Source: Macrostomum lignano
Taxonomy: Eukaryota
Assembly (NCBI GenBank): GCA_002269645.1
Contig: NIVC01002928.1
Coordinates: 1 to 64,000 of the forward strand
Length of the DNA stretch: 64,000 nt
Reading direction: 5' to 3'
In this document: in pieces, positions 35,201 to 49,687 of the stretch
Layout: each line of letters opens with the position of its first letter
How positions within the stretch are numbered: the first letter of the stretch is position 1
Position numbers and translations under genes: made by a program
Notes under the pieces: model-generated
Seen by the model: the letters and a program-made list of their open reading frames with translations, nothing else
What the model was told of the DNA's origin: nothing
The model's database searches: none

Positions 35201-37093
35201 AGGGGAGGGGCGATTCTCGTGAGGGGAGGGGCGATTCTCGCGAGGGGAGGGGCGATTCTCGTGAGGGGAGGGGCGATTCTCTTCAGGGGAAGGGCGATTC
35301 TCTTCAGAGGAGGGGCGATTCTCTTCAGGGGAGGGGCGATTCTTTTCGGGGCAGGGGCGATTCTCTTTAGGGAAATGGCGATTCACTTCAGCAAAGAAGC
35401 GATTCTCATTAGGGGAAGGGCGATTCTCGTGAGGGGAGGGGCGATTCTCGTGATGGGAGGGGCAATTCTCTTCAGAAGAGGGGCGATTCTCTTCGGGGGA
35501 GGGGCGATTCTCTTCGGGGGAGGGGCGATTCTCTTCAGGAGAGGGGCGATTCTCTTCAAGAGAGGGGCAATTCTCGTGATGGGAGGGGCGATTCTCTTCG
35601 GGGGAGGGGCGATTCTCTTCAGGAGAGGGGCGATTCTCTTCGGGGAAGGGGCGATTCTCTTCAGGAGAGGGGCGATTCTCTTCGGGGGAGGGGCGATTCT
35701 CTTCAGGAGAGGGGCGATTCTCTTCGGGGGAGGGGCGATTCTCTTCAGGAGAGGGGCGATTCTCTTCGGGGAGGGGCGATTCTCTTCAGGAGAGGGGCGA
35801 TTCTCTTCGGGGGAGGGGCGATTCTCGTGATGGGAGGGGCGATTCTCGTCAGGGAAGAGGCGATTCTCTCATCTGCCTCTCACCTGAGCGCCGAGGTCGC
35901 GCATCCGCAACGAGTTGCCGCTCATCAGCGCCACAATGAAGGCTTTCTGAAAGGCGGCATAGTCGCCTGGCCACTTCAGCAAGTGGCGGTCCAGCAGCGA
36001 CTCCAGCGCAAGCCAGTCGCCATCGAGGCTGGTCTGAAGGTTCAACAAAGTTGAGTCCTCCCAATCGGTGAGACAGCCAGCTCTGTTGGGAGAAGCCGGG
36101 TGTCATTATCAATCTCTTTGTTTCATAACTTTTTGCTATGGCTTTGCGTGTCCGTTCCCCATCCGTTCATCTCGGTATCTCATGTCATCTTAGTTTTATA
36201 TCGGTCCGTTCTAATCTCTCAATGTTTTGTCTCCTCTCTGATCCATCGGAATCTCCTTTCATCAATCGGAATCACATCTTTCATCTATCGGAATCCCATC
36301 TTTCATCTATCGGAATCCCATCTCTCATTTATCGGAATCCCGTCTCTCATCTATCGAAATCCCGTCTCTCATCTATCGGAATCCCGTCTCTCATCTATCG
36401 GAATCCCGTCTCTCATCTATCGGAATCCCGTCTCTCATCTATCGGAATCCCATCTTTCATCTATCGGAATCCCATCTCTCATTTATCGGAATCCCGTCTC
36501 TCATCTATCGGAATCCCGTCTCTCATCTATCGGAATCCCGTCTCTCATCTATCGGAATCCCGTCTCTCATCTATCGGAATCCCGTCTCTCATCTATCGGG
36601 ATTCCATCTCTTATCTATCGGAATCCCATCTCTTATTTAATCTCATTTCTAATATTCTTTCATCTATTCTTTCCGAGTCTCATATCGTTTCTTCTTAACA
36701 TCTCAGTCTCTATGGAATTTTTGGGCAAACCCGAAGCAAGTCTCAGCTCAGTTATAACCACTACCCCAGCTCCCCACATCCGCACCTTCTCTTGCTGTCC
36801 ACCAGGTCGGTGACGCGGGCCATTCCGTCGGCGAACTCAGGCGAGCCTCGCTCTAAACTGGGCAAAACCAGAGAGGCGTGGAGCAGACAGCCAGGCAGAA
36901 ATTCGGGCTCAGATTCGAGCAGGCGAGTGAGGCAGGCCTCCAAGCCGCCCAGAGACGGCTCATCTGTGAGGCTGGCAAACTGGTGCAGGGTGGCATGGTA
37001 GAGCTTTGCTGTGGCCTCGCTGGTGGTTGGCAAGGCAAAGCCGCACTCTTTCTGCCATTGGTGCAGGTTGTAGAAACTGGCTGGGCAGGACAT
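32290..37093 (-). CDS. TTC38: Tetratricopeptide repeat protein 38-like, 4 exons, 496 aa
   Basis: Exons 36786-37093, 35884-36082, 33330-33740, 32290-32862 (1491 nt, phases match). Motifs LPTTSEATAKLYHATLHQF, SLGGLEACL, NPADPWAHHSMAHV, LSCHNTWHTALF, DCVSLLFRLQ, GGSRAQREIF resemble TTC38 as I recall it. Confidence 0.92.
32950..33205. repeat. 20-bp minisatellite (TTC38 intron 3)
   Basis: TGTTTGACCTTCTAATGTCC / CGTTTGACCTTCGAATGTTC. Confidence 0.85.
33811..35870. repeat. 20/21-bp G-rich minisatellite (TTC38 intron 2)
   Basis: GGGG(G)AGGGGCGATTCTCTTC. Confidence 0.95.
36240..36630. repeat. 22-bp minisatellite (TTC38 intron 1)
   Basis: CCCGTCTCTCATCTATCGGAAT. Confidence 0.95.
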
Positions 37094-39264
37094 GTAGCAT
37101 GCATAGCATAGTATACTATTCTGTGTTGTTACAAAGCTTGACATAATGTAAAAACATAACAATTCAATGAAAAATTATCTTAAAAAGACTTAATAGGCCT
37201 ATATAACTAGCTTGAAAATTGAAAACAAAGCTCTAAATTTAGAATAGTCCTAGTGAGGCTTGACAATTTAAAGATTTTATTATTAGTGATCAAACTGTAG
37301 TATTATAAATAAAAGCTAATAAGAAATATTTCTATAAAAAGCTTAGAAATATAATTTTTTAACATTGTATATATTTTGCACTAGTTTTTTTATTTTTGAT
37401 ACATTGTCTTTATTTGGCATTATTCTTTATTTGGACTCTTGATTTCAATTTACATTTAAAATATAGTCAAGTTGAAAAAACTCCTACTAAAATAAAGAAT
37501 ATTCAACAATTATTCTATCAAGTTCCGTTTGTCTAGCTTTGGGATAAACTTATTTTATATTGTATAATTTTGGGCACAAAAAAACTGTCATATACTATGG
37601 ATACGTTTGTTCAGGACATTCGGTTAATAAAATAAAATACATAAATGATCCAGAAGCGGAATATGAAAAAAATTCTAGATATCTCATGGACATCAGTTAA
37701 CGAGTTACATTGCATGAGTTAAGAGGGTCTACGAACTATTATAATATTTATTAAGTTAATGTTCTTCTGTGCAACAAATAGCTAGGCCTAGGCCTACTTA
37801 TACTTTACTTTGATACTCACTGTTCAATTGTGTTCTATTCTAATACCAAAAATGAAATTCAATCGAGAAAGCTGAATCAAAATTTTGTACAATAAACAAA
37901 GTTAAACACCGTTTTTATCCTGCAGTAACTTTATTCGTAGCAAAAATGAAGCTTTTTAGAAACAAAACCGCATTTTGTCGCACCCTTCGATCAAACCCAT
38001 GAAAAAAGTTGCCTGCATTTGTTTTAATATTTATCAGTTTAGAGTTCAATTTAATGTACATGTACACCACATGAACAAAGCGACCGTACGTGGAGTTCAT
38101 GAATGAACTCAAGTCAAGTCCAGTCCTTACGTGTCTCAAGGACGACTAATTGATACATATAGAAACAAAATGGAGCGCGCATTCAGGTCGTAAATCATCG
38201 ATATGACTCCACACAATTCTGAATTACAGAAAGAGATCGAAGACCATTACATGTAAATCGTCAAAACAAGGACTAATGTACGTAAGAATTCAAAACAGTG
38301 CGCTAGTGTTCTTAAGTAAGTCCTTGATCAAAACATCCTGTCCACTCCCTGGCCGATCTTCCCGTTCACTACACTTACACATGCATGCAGACGCTGGACC
38401 ATGCACGATCGGGAGTATAATTACATGTACATGTACTCATGCTTTGACATAATTGTGGCTATATGCATGAAATACTGCCTACATACTTTTCATTCGTCGT
38501 ATACGTCTGTACATGTATGTATACATTGGTCATACATGTAATATAATGTTGACTTCTACCTGAACATACATGTACATGTACATATAACTGGTCAAATGTT
38601 TTGCACTTCTTTCTGTACAGTATGCGGTGCATGCATGATTGATCTGTTTGTTGTGAGAATCGTCTATACATAGAACTTCTTATAACTTCTACTACGGTAT
38701 GCAGACCTTGCATGTACATGTACAATGTAGGACACAGATCGATTCCCAAAGATATACATGTACATTGCACAGATTACAATCGGATCGAGCTGGACCGTGT
38801 CACGTACTAGCTACTGTATCAAATAATTTGATCTTTTTTACGAACATCATTAATTTGAAGCAATTCTGAAGGTTAACTTTTAATATTCCGAGAGTGCATG
38901 TGTATATATGTATACTGGGTTGAGGAAAATTTGGTTTGATCATTCGATCACATCATGGATTCTTCTCAATACAGCTGTAAACTTGACTGACTGCATGCTA
39001 TGGAATCGTGGTTTGTTACAAGTACGTTTTCGCGTTAAAATTATAATGCGTTTTCTTAATTAGTTTGCGTGTTCATATACATGCGCAGTACACCAGTATC
39101 CGATTTATAATCACAGTATCCGATTATAAATCAAATTATAATCGCAGTTCACAGTTCATACAATGCAAAGTATCTAAGAAGAGGATACTGCGCAGTGTTA
39201 CGGCCTGTTACAGTACGCGTTATTCATATTATAAAATTTTATATTATGCTGATTAGAATAAACA

Positions 39265-39299
<35 letters not shown>

Positions 39300-40889
39300 C
39301 CGATCTCATACATGTATATCGGTTTTGGTTCTTAATTTAATCTATGACTATAGTTTAGTACGAGGTATTTGCCACTTGACTCGTACGTCATGTATACATG
39401 GCAATGTACATGTGTATAGTTGCCAAGTTTATTCACAATAACAACTTTGAAACGTGTACGTTTACTTTTGGTTCGAGTTTCCTTTACTCGTGTTTGACTC
39501 GAGTTGGGACAGCTACATGTGGTTTTAGTCTAGGCTTTATCGCTGTATCGCTGCAGTACTGTAAGTCTCAATTCTGCTTGGTGCATGGGTAGCCACCAAA
39601 TGTAAGCAACTTTTCTGCGTTCGAGCCGATCCTGACCATAAAACACATACACGTCAATTGGTCTATAGGCATTACTGTGCATGCATGCTGTGCCAGGTCA
39701 TGCTACCTGAATAGCTACCTTAAATATCTGTGCCTGCACACAGTTTAAAATGTTACTGTGCGCCTGCATGACGCGTGCAGTGCGCTGGAATCGCACTGTA
39801 TAGGTAAGTATAGCCGTGCGCTACATTTAGCAATTTTGGCATTTAATTTGCCCCAAACTCAAAACTCTTTTGCTACCAAGCAGGTTCAGAAAGCTGACTT
39901 GATTACGAGCCGTATCTTTCAACTTGCATCCATACTTTTGTAGCTCTGCACGATCATTTAAGGTACAATTAAGGACGTATAAGGACGTATATATACTCTC
40001 AAGTTTTTTTAGCTAAAACTAAAAAAAACAAAAAATCTGGTTAGTTTTTTATTTGAAACATTAAAAACTCAAGCGTATAGAGTAAGCTGCGAAACGAATT
40101 TCGAAAAGATTCACTTCCTTTGCCATCGTAGTACATGTAATGTAAGGTAGTAATCCGGCATTATTAAGTGTAGCACCCAATCTACTCTAGTTAATGTCCA
40201 TCAATGCGGCACAACCAATCTATTATACCTAGCATAAACCGGGCCCGTGCGCGCCACACTTTGTGGCAGCCAGAAACCAAGAAAATCAGCCTCACAGTCA
40301 GTTGGTTCCCCCCTTACCAGCTCAAAACTCCCAATCGTTGAGTCTTCTGACTCCCTTCTCCCCCCACACACACACAGATGCGATCTGCTGGGGTGGCACA
40401 AGAGGAAATTAGTAGCCAACTCACACGCTCTCCCAGAACGCGCATTTATCCCCGGCACGCTCTGAGCCTGCACGGGGGCTCCCCCCATCACTGCACTTCC
40501 TCCTCCCCCACCATATGCGAGGAGGAGGGGATATATCAACGAGAAAGAGGAACTGCAGAGGCTGCGCTGCAGACAGAATCGAACAGTCCCGATTAGATCC
40601 GGTCAAACTAATTGCTATTGGGGGCCATTGTAACTCCCTGGCATGCAATGGCACTCTTATTGTCGCTTGGCAGGCTCAGGATGCGAGTCGAAGGAAGCAG
40701 GCGAGCCCCCGGCGGCACTCTATATGATCGAAACTATAGTGCTATTGACAGGCTGGACTGGCCAGGTGAGTTGCTTATCTGCTCTTGTCTTCTATCACAT
40801 CACCATTGTGAGTCCCTCCTTGTCTCCGGTGCTTTGGCGTTCTTTTGCTTTGCTTCTATTTATCTTGGTCTATTCTTGCGGATTTTCAA

Positions 40890-42450
<1,561 letters not shown>

Positions 42451-43151
42451 CATTACCATAATCCCACACCTATTTCACGCCAATGCAATGCCAAGATAGA
42501 GAGGTAAGATAGAAAGCAGTCACGTTATAAAATTTGTACATGGAATACATGTACATTGTTGGGGAGCAGCTGTGAAAAAAAATGTGAAACCGAATTGCCT
42601 ATTGTGTCTGAGTAAAAGTATACAGTACAATGTTATTGAAAATATTAATATTGATAATAATATAGGAAGTGCAATACTCGTATATCTTGCTCTGCAGTTA
42701 ATATTGTTATTATTAACTCACAGGCACAGATGGTGCACGCGCAAAGACACTTTAGACACTGTAGGCTGAAGGGGGGTGTCAACCACCCAAACCCTGCAGT
42801 TCAAGTCGATCATATAGATAAGAAAATTTGCGCGCACCAAAATTTATTATTTTCATCGATCATACTCACATTTTCTGAGAGAGCTGGCGTGTTATATTAT
42901 ATAAGTACTCTGGCACAGACTGCATAGGCCGCCCTCTGACCCCCCCTCCCCCCGTTGTGCCTCTCTTTACTCTCAGTGGGCAGTTTTGAGTCGAGGCGGT
43001 CTTATCAGCTAGCTTTGAAAAAAGGGGGAAAGAGGCCGTTTCTTTGCTTGAGCGCGAAGAGAGCAGCCGAAACCGAATATTAGCTGGCTATAATTCTCAA
43101 GTCACCACCGCGACCGCCTTTGCATTGCATGCGGCAGCATTGCCAGGCCTC

Positions 43152-46100
43152 ATGTGGCGCCTTCGAAGGGCCGGCCGGATCTGCTCGGCCGTCTGTCATC
43201 GAGCCTCCAACCGATTGAAGAGTCCCGACTGCCTGCTGTGCATCTTCACCTGCACCTTCGTGTACGTGCTCTGCTTCATATTCATCCTGGCGATTGTCGT
43301 CCGCAGCGGCGGCTACGGCAGCGGCTCCAACAAGCACTCGATGCTCTTTCGCATGAAGGACGCGTCAGCTGAGGCCGCCAACGCGGCTGTTGAATCTGCC
43401 GGGGTGGCAGATTCTGATGATGCCACCGGCGGCGCTGGTGCTGGGGGTAGCATCGGAGGCGGCAGCGGGAACGGCGAAGTGCTCTACGAACGGAAATCCG
43501 TCGACGACGTGTTCGTCGAGGAGAATGTCTTCAACGAATCGCCTGGCGGCGACGCCGGCGGCGATGGTCAACGCTCAGAGCGACAGCTGGACCCGGAGGT
43601 GCTCACGGAGACCGGGCCGTTTGCCGGCTACGGCAGCCAGGACTTCCGCTATCCGCTTAGCGTCGACATGCCGGAACTGCTGGCCAGACTGCGCTCTGAC
43701 CTGCCAGTCTCCGTTAGCCCCATCAACCAGTTCAGTTCGCCCTGGCTGATTCAACACTCCGGCGAGTGCAACAGAACCGCAGGCGGCCAACCAACCGAAC
43801 TGCTGGTGCTGGTGAAGTCGCACCCGGCCAATCTGGCTAACCGCGAGGCCATCCGGCGCACCTGGGCTCGGCCCGATTGCTGGCGCCAGCGGGTTCGAGT
43901 CTACTTCCTGCTCGGCGCCAAGGCCGCCTACGGCGTCAGGCGGGGGCACCGGATCCTCCGCCGGGTGCGCGACTGGCGCCAGTCGCTGCTTGACGAGGAC
44001 TCGCGCCATGGCGACCTGCTGGTGCGCGAGTTCGTTGATCACTACTTCAATAACACACTCAAGCTGATGTCGGGCATCCAGTGGTCCGACTCCGAGTGTC
44101 CCGGTGCTCGATTCACGGCGTTTGTCGACGACGACTTCTTTGTTAATCCGTATCAGGTGAGAGATGCGGGTCTGCATCTGCATTGACTATTGAAGTTTGA
44201 TATCACACAGGTGGCGCCTCAATAGGTGATGGGACATGTGACGGCTAACACCTGAAATGATTGACTTCCCCTGACAACCAAAGTGGCTTCTCCTGACACT
44301 CAAAGTGGCTTCTGACACTGAAAGTGGCTTCTCCTGACACTCAAAGTGGCTTCTCCTGACACTCAAAGTGACTTCTCCTGACACTCAAAGTGGCTTCTCC
44401 TGACACTGAAAGTGGCTTCTACTGACACTCAAAGTGGCTTCTCCTGACACTGAAAGTGGCTTCTCCTGACACTGAAAGTGGCTTCTCCTGACATTGAAAG
44501 CGTCTTCTCCTGACACTGAAAGGGACTTCTCTGACAACTGAAGTTACTCCCCCCTCCGACAATCAAAGTAACTTGCCCTGACAACCAAAGTGGCTTTGTG
44601 ACGCGAAACCAGCCACCACATTCTGCAGGTAGAGCGTCAGTTGAACTCTGTCAGCGCCGCAGTCTATGGCCGATTCCTAGGCGGCTATGTCTGGCGCACC
44701 TCTCTGCCCAGAAGGCGAAGTCGGAAGCATCGCAGCAAGTGGGACATCTCCGTGTCCGAGTATCCATGGTCATCCTACCCGCCTTACGCAGCCGCCGGAG
44801 CTCTTTTCATGTCCAGACCGGTGCGCCTTGGGCAGTGGGTGCGGCGGTGCAGGCTTTGGTCAATAAAATAGAGGAATAGCACAATGAACAAGAAACTGTA
44901 CAGACAGGAAATTATGGGAGCGGACAAGCAGATTAAAAACTGAGAGTTGAGAGCGATGACATTACAAGCAGGTGGGAACGGGAGCGAATATGGGAGCGGA
45001 GATTACATGTAGAACACAGGTGGGAGCGGAGATTACATGTAGAACACAGGTGGGAGCGGAGATTACATGTAGAACACAGGTGGGAGCGGAGATTACATGT
45101 AGAACACAGGTGGGAGCGGAGATTACATGTAGAACACAGGTGGGAGCGGAGATTACATGTAGAACACAGGTGGGAGCGGAGATTACATGTAGAACACATG
45201 TGGGAGCGGAGATTACATGTAGAACACAGGTGGGAGCTGAGATTACATGTAGAACACAGGTGGGAGCGGAGATCACATGTAGAACACAGGTGGGAGCGGA
45301 GATTACATGTAGAACACAGGTGGGAGCGGAGATTACATGTAAAACACAGGTGGGAGCGGAGATTACATGTAGAACACAGGTGGGAGCGGAGATTACATGT
45401 AGAACACAGGTGGGAGCGGAGATTACATGTAGAACACAGGTGGGAGCGGAGATTACATGTAGAACACAGGTGGGAGCGGAGATTACATGTAGAACACAGG
45501 TGGGAGCGGAGATTACATGTAGAAGACAGGTGGGAGAGGAGATTACATGTAGAACACAGGTGGGAGCGGAGATTACATGTAGAACACATGTGGGAGCGGA
45601 GATTACATGTAGAACACAGGTGGGAGCGGAGATTACATGTAGAACACAGGTGGGAGCGGAGATTACATGTAGAACACAGGTGGGAGCGGAGATTACATGT
45701 AGAACACAGGTGGGAGCGGAGATTACATGTAGAACACAGGTGGGAGCGGAGATTACATGTAGAACACAGGTGGGAGAGGAGATTACATGTAGAACACAGG
45801 TGGGAGCGGAGATTACATGTAGAACACATGTGGGAGCGGAGATTACATGTAGAACACAGGTGGGAGCGGAGATTACATGTAGAACACAGGTGGGAGCGGA
45901 GATTACATGTAGAACACAGGTGGGAGCGGAGATTACATGTAGAACACAGGTGGGAGCGGAGATTACATGTAAAACACAGGTGGGAGCGGAGATTACATGT
46001 AGAAGACAGGTGGGAGAGGAGATTACATGTAGAACACAGGTGGGAGCGGAGATTACATGTAGAACACAGGTGGGAGCGGAGATTACATGTAAAACACAGG

Positions 46101-47428
46101 TGGGAGAGGAGATTACATGTAGAACACAGGTGGGAGAGGAGATTACATGTAGAACACAGGTGGGAGCGGAGATTACATGTAGAACACAGGTGGGAGAGGA
46201 GATTACATGTAGAACACAGGTGGGAGCGGAGATTACATGTAGAACACAGGTGGGAGAGGAGATTACATGTAAAACACAGGTGGGAGCGGAGATTACATGT
46301 AGAACACAGGTGGGAGCGGAGATTACATGTAGAACACAGGTGGGAGCGGAGATTACATGTAAAACACAGGTGGGAGCGGAGATTACAAGTAGAACACAGG
46401 TGGGAGCGGAGATTACATGTAGAACACATGTGGGAGCGGAGATTACATGTAGAACACAGGTGGGAGCGGAGATTACATGTAGAACACAGGTGGGAGCGGA
46501 GATTACATGTAGAACACAGGTGGGAGCGGAGATTACATGTAGAACACAGGTGGGAGCGGAGATTACATGTAGAACACAGGTGGGAGCGGAGATTACATGT
46601 AGAACACAGGTGGGAGCTGAGATTACATGTAGAACACAGGTGGGAGCGGAGATTACATGTAGAACACAGGTGGGAGCGGAGATTACATGTAGAACACAGG
46701 TGGGAGCTGAGATTACATGTAGAACACCGGTGGGAGCGGAGATTACATGTAGAACACAGGTGGGAGCTGAGATTACATGTAGAACACAGGTGGGAGCGGA
46801 GATTACATGTAGAACACAGGTGGGAGCGGAGATTACATGTAGAACACAGGTGGGAGAGGAGATTACATGTAGAACACAGGTGGGAGCGGAGATTACATGT
46901 AGAACACAGGTGGGAGCGGAGATCACATGTAGAACACAGGTGGGAGCGGAGATTACATGTAGAACACAGGTGGGAGCGGAGATTACATGTAGAACACAGG
47001 TGGGAGCGGAGATTACATGTAGAACACAGGTGGGAGCGGAGATTACATGTAGAACACAGGTGGGAGCGGAGATTACATGTAGAACACGGGTGGGAGCGGG
47101 GATTCAAACACGGGTGACATAACTGGCTCAACCCCGGCCGCAGGTGCTGGAAGACATCGCCGTTGCCATGCTGTACACCCGATACCTTCGCTTCGATGAC
47201 ATCTTCATCGGCCTGGTGGCGCACAAGCTGCTGCTGTCGCCGCTGCACATGGAGTCCGTCCGGGCCTACGAGCCCGTGTGGTCCAACTGCACGGACACGC
47301 AGGCTTTGCTGAGACTGGCGGCCTCTCACGGCTACAAGGCGCCATCAGAATTGGACAAAATGTGGCAGCGACTGCATCTGGCAGGGCTGTGCACCGCGGC
47401 AGCAGTCCGGACAGCCGGTGCCGGGTAA
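43152..47428 (+). CDS. GT31 beta-1,3-glycosyltransferase (brainiac/B3GALT-like), type II membrane protein, 3 exons, 493 aa
   Basis: Exons 43152-44156, 44629-44820, 47144-47428 (1482 nt, phase 0/0). N-terminal TM, LLVLVKSHPAN...REAIRRTW, FVDDDFFV (DxD), YPPYAAAG, RFDDIFIG, SHG. Confidence 0.93.
44280..44545. repeat. 22-bp minisatellite (GT31 intron 1)
   Basis: AAAGTGGCTTCTCCTGACACT(C/G). Confidence 0.9.
44960..47100. repeat. 30-bp minisatellite, about 70 copies (GT31 intron 2)
   Basis: GATTACATGTAGAACACAGGTGGGAGCGGA. Confidence 0.97.
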
Positions 47429-47499
47429 CGGTTGTTGAGGCTGCCTTGCTTTTCCCAATCCAACAACACAACAACAGCGGCAGCTCAGCAACACCAACA

Positions 47500-48120
47500 A
47501 CTAAACAACCCCAACAGCTCAACAACCCCAAGAATTCAACAACCCCAGCAATTCAACAACCCTAGAAATTCAACAACCCCAGCAATTCAACAACCCCAGC
47601 AATTCAACAACCCCAACAGCTCAACAACCCCAGCAATTCAACAACCCCAGCAATTCAACAACCCCAGCAATTCAACAACCCCAGCAATTCAACAACCCTA
47701 GAAATTCAACAACCCCAGCAATTCAACAACCCTAGAAATTCAACAACCCCAGCAATTCAACAACCCCAGCAATTCAACAACCCCAGCAATTCAACAACCC
47801 CAGCAATTCAACAACCCCAGCAATTCAACAACCCCAGCAATTCAACAACCCTAGAAATTCAACAACCCTAGAAATTCAACAACCCCAGCAATTCAACAAC
47901 CCCAACAATTCAACAACCCCAACAATTCAACAACCCCAACAATTCAACAACCCCAACAATTCAACAACCCCAACAATTCAACAACCCCAACAATTCAACA
48001 ACCCCAACAATTCAACAACCCCAACAATTCAACAACCCCAACAATTCAAAAACCATAGCAACTCAAAAATTTCGCAATCGCAATAATCTCATACCATCTC
48101 AACAACCCCAACAATTCAAC
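47500..48120. repeat. 17-bp minisatellite
   Basis: ATTCAACAACCCCAGCA. Confidence 0.93.
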
Positions 48121-48554
48121 ACCCGGGGTCGGAATGGAAGCAAAAGTTGTGCAAGATTATCGCTCGTATTAAAATTAAAACCCCGTCTTTTTTATCTTTT
48201 CAATTGCCATGAGCTCAAGCAAAGTTTCAAGTCGTACAAAAGTGATTTATATGATTGTCCTTAATAATTTATATCTTTAACGTATTCAAATTTTGATTTA
48301 TCGGTTTTTTTGTGAAACTTTTTTAGCCTGCAATGTGCGAAGTTTTGCTCATGTCGCTTTAGATATAATTTCATGATTTCTCTGTGTTACAAATATATTG
48401 GATAATTTTTAATATAAATAAATAGCTCGGAAAAGTACAGCTGAGAGTGTACTTTATTATTAATGCACAAGCGAATGATACTGAAAAATTGGATTTTCTG
48501 TGCTTTACTGACACGCTGTTATTGCAACAACAGCTCAAAAACCATGCACTCATA

Positions 48555-49130
48555 ACATCACACCATCTCAACAACCCCACACCATCTCAACAACCCCACA
48601 CCATCTCAACAACCCCACACCATCACAACACACCCACACCATCTCAACAACCCCACACAATCTCAACAACCCCACACCATCTCAACAACCCCACACCATC
48701 TCAACAACCCCACACCATCTCAACAACCCCACACCATCACAACACACCCACACCATCTCAACAACCCCACACCATCTCAACAACCCCAAACCATCTCAAC
48801 ATCCCACACCATCACAACACACCCACACCATCTCAACAACCCCACACCATCTCAACAACCCCACACTATCTCAACAACCTCACACCATCTCAACAACCCC
48901 ACACCATCTCAACAACCCCACACCATCTCAACAACCCCACACCATCTCAACAACCCCACACTATCTCAACAACCCCACACCATCTCAACAACCCCAAACC
49001 ATCTCAACAACCCCAAACCATCTCAACATCCCACACAGTTTTAAACAACCCCACACCATCTCAAAAACCCCACACCATCTCAACAATCTCAATCCCAACA
49101 ACCCACACCGTTCTCAAAAACCCCACATCG
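48555..49130. repeat. 19-bp minisatellite
   Basis: ACCATCTCAACAACCCCAC. Confidence 0.93.
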
Positions 49131-49382
49131 TCTCAACAGCCCCAAAACAACTCAACAACCGCACATTACCACCCCCTACAGCAACAACCACAATATACTC
49201 GTTAAATCTGAACAATAGTGAAAACAGCGACCTAATTTCTAGAAATTGAACATCTATAAGCATGGCTAAACTAATTGGAGCAATTAATCTGCATGTGTAG
49301 GACAAAGTCGTAGACTAAACTCTGTACTTCCATATTTATTAAACAAAACTATGCACGTACATCAATTGTACGGACCGAATCA

Positions 49383-49443
49383 GTCACGTGACTTATCAAA
49401 AAGTCAATCAATTAGTCAGCCAACCTCAGCCAGAGAATATAAG
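49383..49443 (+). promoter_or_regulatory. Candidate promoter of the 49519 ORF (palindromic E-box plus TATA-like element)
   Basis: GTCACGTGAC at 49383-49392 and AATATAAG at 49436-49443, about 75-135 bp upstream of the ATG. Confidence 0.35.
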
Positions 49444-49518
49444 ACGTCTCCGTTGAAAGTGAGCAAGAATTTGATAGCATCAGACGGTCAGCACAATCAT
49501 AGCTAGCCAATTGACACA

Positions 49519-49656
49519 ATGCGAAGGCTGCTACTGTTGCTGTTGCTCCTCACTGCACTTGTAGTGAGTCCTTCGACTTCTGCTGACGACCACACTGAGC
49601 AGAAAAACCTGTTCGAGACCGCTTGGCGGCCGCATCTGTTCAGTCTTCAGCGGGAA

Positions 49657-49687
<31 letters not shown>

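Noticed and set aside
33827-35830. 667-aa Gly/Arg-rich ORF
   Set aside because: G-rich minisatellite within TTC38 intron 2.
4678-37093. Dicer, kinase and TTC38 as a functional antiviral or RNAi cluster
   Set aside because: Adjacency alone in a eukaryotic genome is not evidence of a shared pathway, and no co-regulation signal is visible.
44933-47329. 600-800-aa ORFs (CSTCNLRSHL, RTQVGAEITC, HVEHRWERRL repeats), including a zinc-finger-like Cys/His pattern
   Set aside because: These are translations of a 30-bp intronic tandem repeat, open in several frames on both strands because the unit length is divisible by 3.
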